A stretch of DNA of 64,000 nucleotides, taken from the human T2T-CHM13v2.0 reference genome, Homo sapiens. The stretch lies in NCBI RefSeq assembly GCF_009914755.1, contig NC_060929.1, one strand, 5' to 3'. The translations under genes were made by a program, and so were the position numbers. Under the pieces are notes generated by a model. That model had not been told where the DNA came from, searched no databases, and was given only the letters and a program-made list of their open reading frames with translations. Each line of letters begins with the position of its first letter. Within the stretch, counting starts at the first letter, position 1. Positions 1 to 13,848 of this stretch are shown here, one piece after another.

Positions 1-419
1 TATATAAAGCATTTCAGAATAACCAAGCATTTTGATATAATATTGGATTTTCTGTGATAGAACAAGTTGAGATTCCTTATAGGACACTTGTAAATATGAG
101 GAAGCTAATAAGATTTTAGGTAATTCATTGAACTAGTAGGCAGTCTTAAAAATTCTGAAAGCTTGTCTGTAAGACTTCTATAATTGCTTTAAAAATATTA
201 TCTGTGGAGATAGTCTTACATGTTCACATAAGTATATGTAGGACATGTCAGATTATAGAATCATCACATTTTCAAGCTGGAGTGCCTCCTTTAATTACTG
301 TGAGGAATAATAGCTTATGATAGTCATGCATAAGATGTTAGTTTTTAATTGGGTATCTGTAATAATACTATATGCAAGCTTTATAAATGCTAATTTTAAA
401 ATCTTAAACAGAAAGAGCT

Positions 420-618
420 TATGCTTGGAGTCATAGAAATGCTTAGGTTCAAATGCTAGCTATACTACTTTAATCAGCTGTGAACATTTGGATAAGTTAA
501 CTACCCTATACCTTTTTTTTTCTCATCTGTAGAAGATTGTTTTAAAGATAAAAGATAAAACATGAAAGGAACCTAAACATTGCTTGGTGAACAGCAAGCT
601 CTTAATAAACAGATGCTG
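420..618 (+). mobile_element. MIR SINE (degraded)
   Basis: ggagtca...ggttcaaat...gctgtga...tctcatctgta core and aataaa-type 3' end. Confidence 0.65.
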
Positions 619-3600
619 CAACTGAGTAACTTTAGTCAAATTACACTTCAAGTCATGTGTAAAAATGGCTTTCAGTATAAGAATTCCTATTTTAGTGCTC
701 TTAATTTGTGTTCATTTTATTTGTAATGGTTCAGAATAACAAAGTTTGAAAGCCCACAAACCTAATATATGTAGCGTGGTGCTTGGCTTTCAGTAGTTCT
801 CACTTTCATACATTGTGCATTGATACTTCTAAACCTCCTTTTGTATGCAGAATTCAGTCTCTTATACATCACCACCAGTCAACAAACTGATTTAGAATTA
901 TCACCTGATTGTACTGCTTGCTGCCACTGCTATAAAAGGAGAGACATCAGTCAGACTATAAGGATCTTATTCTGGTTGTCCTACCTATTTGATCACCATT
1001 CCTCCAACCCAGGAGCTCGTGTCAGGTTTGCTTATATACAAGGGAACAACTATCTCAGAAGTATGTCACCTCACTCAGCCCAGCCTCTCTTTCAACCCCA
1101 AAGTCACCTCCAAATTCCACTTATCTCTCCTCATGCTACCCCATCAATGTAAAATATTGGGCTAGAAGTAGACAACTGGTTGAAAACTATCACCAAGAAT
1201 TATATATGCTTGTGGGTTACAGCTCTATAGCCCTCTACCTTTGATTTGGTACTAGTGGAAGAAAATCCCTCCTCCACGGTCTTAGATATTTTATGAGCGC
1301 TGAAACTCTGAAATGTAAAGATTAAAGGCTGCCCAAATATCTCTCCTGGCCTGTGTGAATGGATTAGGAAAGGAATAGTGGCTCAGGAAAGGAGAGATGC
1401 CTGAGTCTGCTGTTTCATTCTTAGGAACCATTGGTGTCTCCTGCCACAGGTACCTTCAAGAGTCATACTCACCTACAGGGTCACTGAAACCCTAGGAAGG
1501 CAGTATTTGTAAGTAGTAATATTAGAAATCTTATTTCTAACCATCCTTTAAATAATATCTTGCGCAGCTTTCAAATGTGTGAGAACACTATATGCAGAAG
1601 AAAGGGAAACTTTCTAAATAAAAACAATCCCTTTCCATTAATAATTTTTATCAGAACTAGTCATGATAGTTAGAAAATGATGCTTTTCCAACTCTGGTAC
1701 TTGTTCCACATTTACTATTCATCATCATGGTAAGCAAGAGCCCTTTTATCGCTCCAATTTTTATTTATTCATCTATTTATCTATATTGTTTAGTGCTGTG
1801 GCTTTATTAATTCCTGGGTTTTTCTCAGTGTTATATATAGTGCTCAGACATTTTGGTTTCAGAATTCCTTTAGACTCTTCATAATTATTGAGAGAACTTT
1901 GTTTATGGAATATGTATTGATATTTTTTATAATAAAACTAAAGGGTCAGAACCATAGCTATATCTCAGCCCCTTGGGCCCAGGATGATAGAGTGTGCCTC
2001 AGAGCAATAGACCATGGCTTAGTGAGAGAATTGCATTCACTTGTACCTTTGAGAGTGAACCTATACATCAGGTCCCAGGTGCTATAGTGGTTTTGAAAGA
2101 CCTTGAGCTGAGGAACCCAACTCTCCAGACACTCTGAGCATCTGTGCTCTGGATCCCAGTGCTGCCTTGGCAGCCTGTGAGCCATGTCAGATCTGACACT
2201 GAGAGAGATCCCCTAAGCTAAGACTCACCACTGTGAGGATAACAAGAATGAGAGGATTCCTAAAGCCTGTGCCCTAATAACCTACACTGCTGCAGTCAGT
2301 ACCACAAACTCCTGAAGCCTAGACCAGGGAGGCACCTGAAGTTATTTCCAACATTGGTCACTGCTGAAGATGCTGCATGGAATCACATTACTGTGGTGAC
2401 ATAGAACCAGAGCCACCACATTCTGCTTATCTGGTGGCATCCTTGGTCCCATCTACATGTGAAAGTCTTCACCTATAAAAACCACTCTGTAAAGTTTGGA
2501 AGAGGTGACTGTACCAGCAGATGTGCAGATATATCAACACAGATACACAAGAAACATGGAAAAGCAAGGAAATATGACACCACTACAAAACAAAATAATT
2601 CTTCAGTAGCTGACCAAAGAAATGGAAGTTTACTAATTGTCTAAAAGAAATTCAAAATAATGAACCTGAGGAAACTCATTAAGAAAGAAGACGGTGCAAA
2701 TAGGCAATTCAGTGAAGACAGAAAAGAGTTTATGATCTGAATGAGAAATTCAATATAGATAGATATCATAAAAATGAACAAAACAGAAATCTTGGAGCTG
2801 AAGAATTCAATCAATGAAATTAAAGATACAATTGTCGGCTTCAACAGCAGGCTAGATCAATCAAGCAGGAGAAAAATATCTGTGAATCTGAAGATAGGTC
2901 TGTTGGAATGACTCAGAGGAAAAAAGAATGAAAAAGAGTGAAGACTGCCTATAAGACTTATGAGACACCATTAAGAAAATAAATGTACTATGGGAGAAAT
3001 GCACTTAGAGGAGAAGAGACAGAGAAGGGGACAAAAAGCTTATTTAATGAAGTAATTGCTGAAAATTTGTCAAGTCTTGGGAGAGATATGGATATCCAGA
3101 TCCATGAAGCTCAGAGCTCCCCAAATAGATTGAACCCAAAGAGCTCCTGTTTGAAGCACATTATAATCAAACTATCAAAAGTCAAAACCAGAATTGTAAA
3201 AGAAGCAAGAAAAAAGCATCAAGTCACATATTAAGAAATCTCCATTAGACTGTCAGCAGATTTCTCAGCAGAAACCTTGCAGGCCAAGAGAGACTGAGAA
3301 GATATATTCAAAGATGTATCCAAAGAAATAAACTGACAGTTAAGAATACTATACCCAACAAAGCTGTTCTTCAGAAATGAAGGAGAAACAGTCTTTCACA
3401 GAGAAGCAAAAGCCAAGGGAATTCATTACTGCTAGTCCTTCCATACAAGACATACTTAAGGGAATTCTTCAGGCAGAAACAAAAGGATGACAATTACTAT
3501 CATGAAAACATGTGAAAGTATAAAAACCACTGGTAGAAGCAAATATCCAGAATACTTTAGTATTGTAAAGGTAGTGTGGAAATCATACTAATCTCTAGTA

Positions 3601-3622
3601 TAAAGGCTAAAAGTCAAAACCA

Positions 3623-3922
3623 GGTTGGGCATGGTGGCTCATGCCTGTAATCTCAGTAGTTTGGGAGGCTAAATGGGAGGATTGCTTGAGTCCAGGAGTT
3701 TGGGATCAGCCTGGATAATATGGCAAGATCTTGTATCTTCAAAAAAGTTAAAAAAAAAAAAAAGTTAGCTGGGTGTTGTGGCACACACAAGCTACTCTGG
3801 AGGCTGAGGCAGGAGGATCATTTGAGACTCAGGTTGAGTCTGCAGTTAGCCATGTTCATGCCACTGCACTCCAGCCAGGAGTTTGGGTGATAGAGCAAGA
3901 CCCTGTCTCAAAACAAACAAAC
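3623..3922 (+). mobile_element. AluJ
   Basis: Dimeric Alu with J-type ggaggattgcttgag; TSD aagtcaaaacca at 3611-3622 and 3923-3934. Confidence 0.92.
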
Positions 3923-6900
3923 AAGTCAAAACCATCAGAAATAATTAAAACTACAATAAGTTGTTAAGGAATACAAAAAGATGTAGACTGTGGTATCAAA
4001 AATGTAAATTGGTGGGGAGGGTAGAAGTCCAGAGTTTTTGTATGCATCAATGTTGAGTAATTATCAGCTTAAAATAGTAGATTATAACCATAAAATATGT
4101 TATTTAAGCTTCATTCTGACCACAAAACAAAAAACTACAGCAGATAGATGAATGATAAAGAGAAATGAATCAAAGCTCAGCTACAGAAAATTGTGAAATC
4201 ATAAAGATAGGCAAAAAGAGGAAGAAAAGAACAAAGGAACTACAAAACAACCAGAAAACAAATAGCAAAATGACAGTAGTAAGAACTTATTTATCAGTAA
4301 TAAACTTGAATGTAAATGGATTAAATTTTCCAATCAAAAGTGATAGAATGGTTAGATGGAGTTAAAAAGAAAAACAAGATCCAACTATATGTTGCCTACA
4401 GGAGACCTACAACAGCTTTAAGGACACACATAAGCTGAAAGTAAAAGAATGGAAGAAGATATTCCATTTAATGGTAATCAAAAGAAAGCAAGCGTGGCTG
4501 TACTTACATATGATAAAATAGACTTCAAGTGAAAAACTATTGCAAGAAACAAAGAAGGTCATTAGTTAATGATAAAAGGGTCAATTAATGAAGAGGACAT
4601 AACCATTGTAAATCTATATGTACCCAACATTGGAGCACCTAAATACATTAAGCAAATATTAATGGACATGAAGGGAGAAATAGATAGCAATACTATAAGA
4701 GTAGGAGACTTTAGTACCCCCACATTCAAAAATGGGCAGATTAATCAGACAGAGAATTAATAAGGAAATACTGGACTTGAATTGCACTTTTGACCACTTG
4801 GAACTAACAGACATCTTCAGAACTTTGCATCCAACAACAACAGAATACACATTTTGCTCTAGCACACATGCATAGAACATTCTTCAGGATAGACCTTGTG
4901 TTAGGCCACAAAAGAAGATTGACCATATATCTAGTATTGTTTCAAACTACAGTGATATGAAACTATAAATCAGTAGCAGGAGGAACCTTGGAAAATTAAC
5001 AAATATGTGGAAATTTAAAAACATGCTCCTGAATGACCAGTGGGTCAAAGAATAAATCAAAAGAGAAATTTCTAAAATGTCTTGAGACAAATGACAGTGG
5101 AAGCACAGCATACCAAAACATGGGATGCAGCAAACGCATTTCTAAGAGGGACATTATAGCAATTAATGCCTATGTTAAAAAGAAGAAAGATTTCAAATAA
5201 ATTGTCTAACATTACACCTCAAGGAACCAGAAAAAGAACAAACTAAACCCCAAAAAAGCAGAAGGAAGGAAATAATAAGATTCAGAACAGAAATAAATCA
5301 AATAAGGAACAAAAAAAACATAGAGTCAATAAAACAAAGAGTTGGTTTTTTGAAAAACAAAATTTACAAACCCTTAACCAGTCTAAGAAAAAAAAATTCA
5401 AACAAAATAAAAAATGAAAGTGATGAAATTATAGCAGATGCCTCAGAAATAAAAAGGTCATACAGTACTATTATGTACAAGTATATGCCAACAAATTGGA
5501 TAACCTAGAGGAAATGGATGAATTCCTAGAAAAATACAACCTACCAAGATTTAGTCAGGAAGAAATAGAAAGCATGAATAGACCAATATTAATAAAGACA
5601 TTAAAGAAGTAATAGAAAACCCCCCAACAAAGAAAAGCCAAACACCAGATGGCTTTGTAGCTGAATTCTACCACACAGTCAAAGAAGAATTAATGCCAAT
5701 ACTTCTTAAACTCTTCTGAAAAATAGAGCTTCAGAGAATACTTCTAAGCATATTTTATGAGGTCAGCATTACCTTGATACCTAAGCCAGACAAAGACATC
5801 AAAAGAACTACAGGCCAATTTTTCTGATGAACATTGGTGTAAAAATCTTCAATAAAATATTAGCAAACCAAATCCAACAACACATCAAAAGGTGTATACA
5901 CCAGGACCAAGCAGGGAGATTTATTGCTGGCATGCAAGACTGGTTTAACATACACAAATCAATGTGACACTTCACATCAACAGAATGAAAGATAAAAACT
6001 ACATGATCATCTGAATTAGTGCAGGAAAAGCTTTCGACAAAGTGTGATATTCTTTCTTGTTAAAAATTCTCAACAGTTTAGTTATAGAAGGGAAGTTTCT
6101 CAGTGTAATAAAGGCCATTTATTAAAAACGCACAGTTAACATTATAATCCATGGGGAAAAACTGAAAACGTTTCCACTGAGATCTGGTGCAAGGCAAGGA
6201 CATGCACTCCTGCCACTTCTGTTCAGCGTAGTACTAGAAGTACTAGCAAGATCAATCAGATAAGAAACAGAAATAAAAGGCATCCAAATCAGAAAAGAAG
6301 TAGAATTATCTCTATCTGTAGAAAACATGATCCTATATATAAAAAAAATTTTAAGATTTTAGCAAAAATAAAAAACCCGTTAGAACTAATAAATGAATTC
6401 AGTAAAGTTACAGGATACAAAAATTAGCATACAAAAAAAATCAAGATACAAAAATTAGCATTTTAATACACAACCTAACTGAAAAAGACGTAAAGAAACC
6501 ATCCCATTTATGACAGCATTAAATAACATAAGATACTAAGGAATAAATTTAAGCAAGGAGATGAAAAATCTGTACACCAAAAACTATAAAACATTGATGA
6601 GAGAAATTAAAGAACACACAGATAAATGCAAGGATATCCCATGCTCATGGATCAGAAGAATTACTATTGTTAGAATGTTCATAGTACCCAAACCAGTGTA
6701 CATATGTAACACAATCTCTATCAAAATTCCCATAGCATTCTATACAGATATAGGAAAACAATCCTAAAATTTGTATAGAACCATAAAAGGCCTCAAAGAG
6801 CCCAAACAATTCTGAGAAAGGAAAACAAATTTGGAAGCAACTTTGATTTAAAATTAATAAACACTTACTTTCTGATTTAAAATTTTATTACAGAGCTATA

Positions 6901-7023
6901 GTAATCAAAACAGTACGGTACTGGCATAATAATAGGCACATAGATCAGTGGAACAGAATAGAGAGCCTAGAAATCAATCTATACATATATGGTCAACTAA
7001 TTTTTGATCAAAAAAATTTGATG

Positions 7024-7293
7024 AAAAATCTGCGGATGATCAATTCACTTATATAACATGGCATAATATTTGTATATAACCTATCCACATACTTCTGTAT
7101 ACTTTAAATTATCTCTAAATTACTTATAATACCAAATATAGTCTAAATGGTATGTAAATAGTTGTTATACTGTATTTTTTAAATTTGTATTTTATTGTTG
7201 TGTTGTTGTTTCATCATTTTTTTCCCCAAGTATTTTCAGTGGTGGTTGACTGAATCTGCAGATGCAGAACCCATGGATACAGAGGACTGATTG
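7024..7293 (+). mobile_element. MER2 (Tigger-derived MITE), left end missing
   Basis: aaaatctgcggatg...tataacctatccacat...tgaatctgcagatgcagaacccatggatacagaggactgattg followed by TA. Confidence 0.8.
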
Positions 7294-7544
7294 TATACAG
7301 AGACCAGGAACAAAACAGTGGTTACCTGGGACAGGAAGGGGTGGTTGGGAGAAGTAGGGAGATGTATGTCAAAGGATACAAAGTAGCAGATATGTAAGGT
7401 GAACAAATCTAGAGATCTAATGTTCATGAGGACTGTTGGTAATAAAATTGTACTGTGTGTGGGATTCATGCTAAATGAGTAGATTTTAGTTGCTCTTGCG
7501 ACACACAAAAAGGGATAACTGTGAGATGATGTATATTTTAATTT

Positions 7545-8334
7545 TTTTTATGACTAGATGTTTCTTTTTTTTAATTATTATGCTTTAAGTTTTAGGGTAC
7601 ATGTGCACAACGTGCAGGTTTGTTACATATGTATACATGTGCCATGATGGTGTGCTGCACCCATTAACTCGTCATTTAGCATTAGGTATATCTCCTAATG
7701 CTATCCCTCCCCCCTCCCCCTACCCCACAACAGTCCCCAGTGTGTGGTGTTCCCCTTCCTGTGTCCATATGTTTTCATTGTTCAATTCCCACCTATGAGT
7801 GAGAACATGTGGTGTTTGGTTTTTTGTCCTTGCGATAGTTTGCTGAGAATGATGGTTTCCAGCTTCATCCATGTCCCTACAAAGGACATGAACTCATCAT
7901 TTTTTATGGCTGCATAGTATTCCGTGGTGTATATGTGCCACATTTTCTTAATCCAGTCTATCATTGATGGATATTTGGGTTGGTTCCAAGTCTTTGCTAT
8001 TGTGAGTAGTGCCACAATAAACATACGTGTGCATGTGTCTTTATAGCAGCATTATTTGTAGTCCTTTGGGTATATACCCAGTAATGGGATGGCTGGGTCA
8101 AATGGTATTTCTAGTTCTAGATCCCTGAGGAATTGCCACACTGACTTCCACAGTGGTTGAACTAGTTTACAGTCCCACCAACAGTGTAAAAGTGTTCCTA
8201 TTTCTCCACATCCTCTCCAGCACCTGTTGTTTCCTGACTTTTTAATGATTGCCATTCTAACTGGTGTGAGATGGTATCTCACTGTGGTTTTGATTTGCAT
8301 TTCTCTGATGGCCAGTGATGATAAGCATGTTTTC
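7545..8334 (-). mobile_element. 5'-truncated L1PA4/5-like LINE-1 inserted in the old L1M 3' UTR
   Basis: L1PA 3' UTR and ORF2 C-terminus ([26 protein letters not shown]); TSD atattttaattt at 7533-7544 and 8335-8346. Confidence 0.93.
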
Positions 8335-9277
8335 ATATTTTAATTTGCTTCACTCTAGTAACCTTTTTACTGTCTATTCATATCCCACAACATCATGTTA
8401 TATCCCTTAAATATATACAATGAAATTTATTTTAAATACATAAAAGTGAGATTTTTAAGTGTTTATTAATTCATTTTAAAATATCACTAATAAATCCATT
8501 ACATGTTAACATAAAGAATGTATGGATCACTATACTTTACCTCTTTCTTCCTCCCGGATCTTGAAGTTCTGCCTTAATTTGTAAAACTTCCTTTGTATAG
8601 CATATCTGATACATATCTTTAATTGGCATACATTTTCATTTTTAGTATTTTTTAACTTGCTTTACTGCCTATGCTTAACAAGGCAATCTTTTTTACTTTT
8701 ATCTTCACATTTTAAACACAATTGAACAAAAGAAATGTTATTAACACACTTTTACAAGAAATTTCTTTTTCCTCAGAATGTCAGAGTAAGTTCAGAAACT
8801 GAATATTGATTTTCCTTTTTAAGTTATGCAACAATGACATGAAAACCTTTATATTTTCCATGTGGTAGGAAAAAGGATATAGGTACAATTTTAATCTCAT
8901 AAATACATGCGCACATGTATATGTGTTTGTGTATTTATAATCTATTAGTTACAATAGTCTGAAAGGGAACAATAACATGTTAATATGATATTTTGAGTCA
9001 CGCGCTTACAGGTCATTTTTATTTTTTTCTACTTTTTGGTATTTTCCAGATTTTCTTCAGTGAAGTTTTAATGAATCTATTATTAGGATTAAGTTAATTG
9101 ATTTAAGATGTGTCTTCCACATTCTGAAACACCTTAATGAAAGGCAGTGGTTTTTCTTTTTTGGAAAGAAATAGTGATTTTTACTCTTTTACTTTTAGCT
9201 TAGCCCTTGTATTTTACCAACCGAAATGTCAGTTTGTAGATGTAACATTTGTAGTCATCTGAAAGTCTGGCAACATA

Positions 9278-9530
9278 TCTTAGTGGTTAAGTGTCTAGGA
9301 TCTGGAGTCAAAAGACCCATGTTCAAATCCTGATATCTGTTTGCTAGCAAGTAAATGTCTTAAGTTCTCTTAAGCCTCAATCTCTTTATAAATGAAATGT
9401 ACAAATTGTTTATTTAAATGAAGTAATAATAGTACCTCATAGCATTGTATAGCTTAAATGAAATTACTCATGCAGAGCTAAAACTTAGTTCAATATCTGG
9501 CACATGGTAAACATGCCATAAATGTTAGTG
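9278..9530 (+). mobile_element. MIR SINE
   Basis: tagtggttaag...tctggagtca...ttcaaatcctg...aataatagtacctcatag...tggcacatggtaa. Confidence 0.75.
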
Positions 9531-9774
9531 CTTTTTTTTTTTTTTTTCCTGACTCTGGAAATCTAGGACCTCTCCCTTCTTCCTTCAAACCTAACAAAAC
9601 ATTGTTGTGAACTACAGGATTTTTTGAAATCAAGGGTAAATGTAATCCAAGCAAGACTTTGATATTCAACACCCATTACCTGTCCATAGGAGTTTCCTGC
9701 TGGTTGTATTGGTTTCTATGCCCTGTAACACCATATGTGTGGCTGGGCCTGTCTCTACAACCCAGTGTGGTCTG

Positions 9775-10045
9775 CAGTGTGGTTTCCCAACTGTGGTCTA
9801 TAAGATGACTTTAGATGACACAAAGACAACCCTTTAAATTTTTTAAATCTATTTTTATGGGTGAGCAAAAAACACAACTAGCACATTAAGTCAGTGATTA
9901 CATGAATATTTTTTAGAGTAAGGTAAAAATGAGTATTGAGGAAAAATGCAAATCACTGTAAAGAAAAATATTAGGTTATAGTACTCTAAAGTATGGCAAA
10001 AATTGCAAAGATGGTACTTGAATGGCTGAAGTTTAGGTTTCTGCT
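9775..10045 (-). mobile_element. hAT-Charlie MITE (MER113-like)
   Basis: cagtgtggtttcccaa end and tatggcaaaaattgcaaagatggtacttgaatggctgaagttt resemble MER113. Confidence 0.5.
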
Positions 10046-10997
10046 CTAGAGGCTCCTTCCCATATCTGTGTCCAGGGTGCTCATACACTGTCCCAGAAGC
10101 TCAGTAGTACATGTGAAACCTGTCTTTTACCTAAACCCTTGTCATCTACGATATGCCTTGGGATCTCACCTTTTATTATGTTTTCTTCCTTCCTTTCTTT
10201 CTTTTTTTAAAATTAAATGGGCTCCATATATTTCTAAACAAAGAAATAGGAAATCTACCATCCTCCTAAGGCAATTAGCTCAACAGCAGCTAGCTTTTTC
10301 TTTTTTTAAAGTTTGGAAAAATATACTGTTATATCTACAGTCTTTAAATACATAGATTATTGACCATTACTACCTTCCTGAATTCAAACCCTGTGTTTCA
10401 ATTAAATATAATATTGTTTAGTATTAAATAAAACAACTGTGTACTGTTTTATTTAATAATACTCATTGAGTCCACCAATGTCAATTATTTTTGTTGTATT
10501 AGGACTTATTGAACCTACACATATATTGGATTAAATGTTTTTGTCACCAAGTTAATTTTTAAATGTAAATTAGAACCTAAAATTTTGATGCTTGAGCAGG
10601 TACTTAAATTTGCTGTATTCACTACGATGGAAATTTTTTTGCTGTGATAAATAGAGTTGTCTTTACAAATATTGCATGAAAGCATATTAGTATAAGTAAG
10701 TGTACAGTTTGTGCATAATTCCTTACTCAGTGGGAGGCATAAATTCCATTCCCAATTCATAAAAATTGAACAAGTAGTATTTATTCCAAAAAAAGGGAGT
10801 AGTTTTACAGTGATTTATTGAGGAGATAAACATATCTGATTACAAAGAATTTATTTAATAAGCTAATAGCTTTATTTTATATTACTAAAGATGTATACTT
10901 TTTTAAAAAATCTTTATTTCAACTATTTCTAAATAAAGGTTTATTCAGTGATTGTCCTGAAATTAAACTAGCTCATTAATTACTCTTCCTGTCTTTG

Positions 10998-11000
<3 letters not shown>

Positions 11001-11036
<36 letters not shown>
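11001..11036. repeat. (AC)18 microsatellite
   Basis: Direct read. Confidence 0.97.
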
Positions 11037-11040
<4 letters not shown>

Positions 11041-12531
11041 TCACATACACACAAATAGGCATAACTTTTGATTTTTTAAATCCTTGGGAGACCTTACATG
11101 AAGTTGATCGACCTAAGAGTAGGAATAGAAAGTTATTTTTTTTGTTGCAGATATGCCTGTAGTATATATGCATTTAGTAGTGCTACTGAGAACGATAGAC
11201 CTGTCTATCCTCTCCCCATGTGCTAAACTTTATGGATGTACATTTAAAAACTTATAGACCATACATGTACTTTGAGGATCCCATGTATTTGCATTTTTAT
11301 TTTAGACAATAGTTTTCCTTTCTATAACTATTACTCCAAAAAACATTCTTACATTTTGGTAATTAGATAAGGACTACATGAAGACATCGGTATTTGACTA
11401 ACACATTTTGAAAATTGTCACATAAGCTTACTTTAATATATGCTAAATTATAAATACTAAATTTATAGTAACTTGTTATGATGTATTTATATATGTGAAT
11501 GTAAATAGCATTTTAGTAAACATACATGTACATATATTGAACCTCTACTGTGAGAGAAATGCAGTTGTCATTGTTATATGCTCCTTGTACCCTAATCCTT
11601 GTTCCTACCACTTTTAGTATCAGTCCCTTGTCCTACTGTAAATTTATTGGGTAAGATAAGCAAAAGGTAACTCCTCTTTGTAGAACTTGGGGAACCTCTG
11701 CGTTAGGATTAAATCAGCCTGATTAAATGACTTCATAATGAAATGCAGAACTTCCTGACCACATACTTAAGATTTATTAGCCATTAATGGGTTGTCTATG
11801 AACTCCCAGCCTTTCACTTAATATTACTAAGATGGAAGAAATAAAACCAGCCATTCAGCTTTCTTAGGCTTTCCTTTTATGTCGTCCTTTCTCCTGCACA
11901 GTCACTCCCAGGAGTTTCCTGTCCACACTTAAATGAATTTACAGCTAATAGAATATCCGGTAGTGTAGGAGAGAGATTTGCAGGCATCAAGGTTAATTTC
12001 TTTAATTATGTAAGTCAGTATATTTAGCATAGTGTAAGATTGGCTTAGGAGTGGTAAGAGAAAGGAGTATTTTGTAAGGTCCAAATTTCTCTCCCTGACT
12101 GGTCTGATCACTGTTAAGCCATGCTGCTCCCTTTATCATTCCTCACTAATGACTTCTCTGTCTCAGCTCACATTCCCTGGAGTAGGCAGGCACACTTGTT
12201 AAATAGCAGGAAGTAGAAAGCCTACCTGGTTTCCCCAGGCTCAAAGGTTCAGTGAGAAAGAAACATGTTTTGAAGCAACCATTTTGATAAAGCTGCTTTG
12301 AAAGATATAATGAAGACTTTCTGAAAACAGAAGAAAATAACAATTAGTTTTATGCCTTCTGTATAAACTTAAAATATGCACTAATCAACTTTTATTGAGA
12401 AATATAAGCATTAGGCATTCTCATTCCATTCTTGACTTCTCACCAACTTTTACTTTACTGTTCTCTCTGTTTCATGTTTCTGCATTGCTACTATTCCACT
12501 CCAGATATTAATCTCTCATCTGAAGAACCAT

Positions 12532-12654
12532 AGACTTTGAAATTATGATAAAAGATCAAAGGGAGACAAAACAGCAGCAGCTGGTCTCTCAATGTGGCTC
12601 TAACAGTAACATACGAACTTAGTAGCTTGTAAGTGGTCACCATCAGTCTACCAT
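12532..12654 (+). repeat. Local direct repeat, copy 1 (123 bp)
   Basis: Aligns to 14140-14261 with 7 substitutions and 1 indel. Confidence 0.95.
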
Positions 12655-12987
12655 AGCCATAACCAAACCAATGACCAGTTTTGTTAAATTCTCTTAAGAG
12701 GAAGTGATTCAGATGGGCCACAGAATTCAACCCATGGCTTGGCTCCCTTGGGTTTGCCAGTGTATTAGGGAGAGGGTGGCTGCAGGGTCTTGTGGTCCAT
12801 TACATACTTAGTAACAGCAATGAATATCGATTTTCTTGGGTGATTGCAGCAGCCATTGCTTCCTCTAAGATATATACATGTAAGTCAGAAGAAGTTGAAC
12901 TTGCTGTTGATTATTAAAATATTTTTTATTGGCCATTAGTGCTCTATAGGATTAATTGGTTGCTCTTTTTCTGTACATTAAATCTAG

Positions 12988-13334
<347 letters not shown>

Positions 13335-13532
13335 TAAATAATTATAAATTTTTACAGTAGTTTAGAATTTGCCTTTTGTAATATACCTAATTCAAAATGG
13401 AAATCTATTCTCGTTTTCCTGTTAATTTAATTCTTTTACTATATAAGGGGTTATGCAATATTCAAAGATTAATTGTAGAACTACTGTATCATAGGTTCAT
13501 TTAAAAATGTATTAATGACTTTTGTCTTATAG

Positions 13533-13622
13533 GACAAACTATTCGAGAGAAAAGAATTGTAGAAGCAGCAAATAAAAAAGAAGTAGACTATGAAGCAGGG
13601 GATATTCCAACAGAATGGGAAG
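13533..13622 (+). CDS. NDUFAF2: NDUFAF2 coding exon 2 (complex I assembly factor 2, NDUFA12 family), 90 nt, phase 1-1
   Basis: Acceptor tttgtcttatag|GA at 13532/13533, donor GAAG|gtaagt at 13622/13623. Translates (G)QTIREKRIVEAANKKEVDYEAGDIPTEWE(A), which I recognise as human NDUFAF2 residues ~43-73. Confidence 0.97.
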
Positions 13623-13848
13623 GTAAGTTTCTGCTTTTAGTAGAATCTCATGGGAGGTAAGTTATATAACAGTATACAAATTCAATAAGAGCATATATAG
13701 TTATATACTGTTTCTCTTTGCAAAAAAGTTTTAGTGTCTGAATGTTTGAAACTTTGTTTTTTTAACATTGCATTTCTTTGAAAGTTGTGAAGGTGCTGAA
13801 TTTTAGTAAGCAGATGCATGTATAGCAAAAAGAACTATTAAGCATTAT

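Larger units (their letters stand above)
1940..8445 (+). mobile_element. Old L1M (L1MA-like) LINE-1, near full length, interrupted by AluJ, MER2 and an L1PA
   Basis: ORF1 remnant (2983-3234 ...IAENLSSLGRDMDIQIHEAQ), ORF2 start at 4270 (MTVVRTYLSVINLNVNGLN), EN/RT remnants to ~7005, L1MA-type 3' UTR at 7296-7532 and 8347-8445. Many stops and frameshifts. 5' edge approximate. Confidence 0.9.

Noticed and set aside
820-1152. 110-aa ORF
   Set aside because: Non-ATG start, no recognisable domain, no convincing splice context; consistent with chance.
6414-6461. Short imperfect duplications (gatacaaaaattagcat x2; also 43635-43673 and 44911-44946)
   Set aside because: Ordinary slippage-scale repeats with no apparent functional context.
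12532-12654. Direct-repeat unit as an intronic snoRNA or miRNA (gggagac...gtctctc stem)
   Set aside because: Only a 7-bp stem; no C/D boxes, no clear H/ACA two-hairpin layout, no long precursor hairpin.
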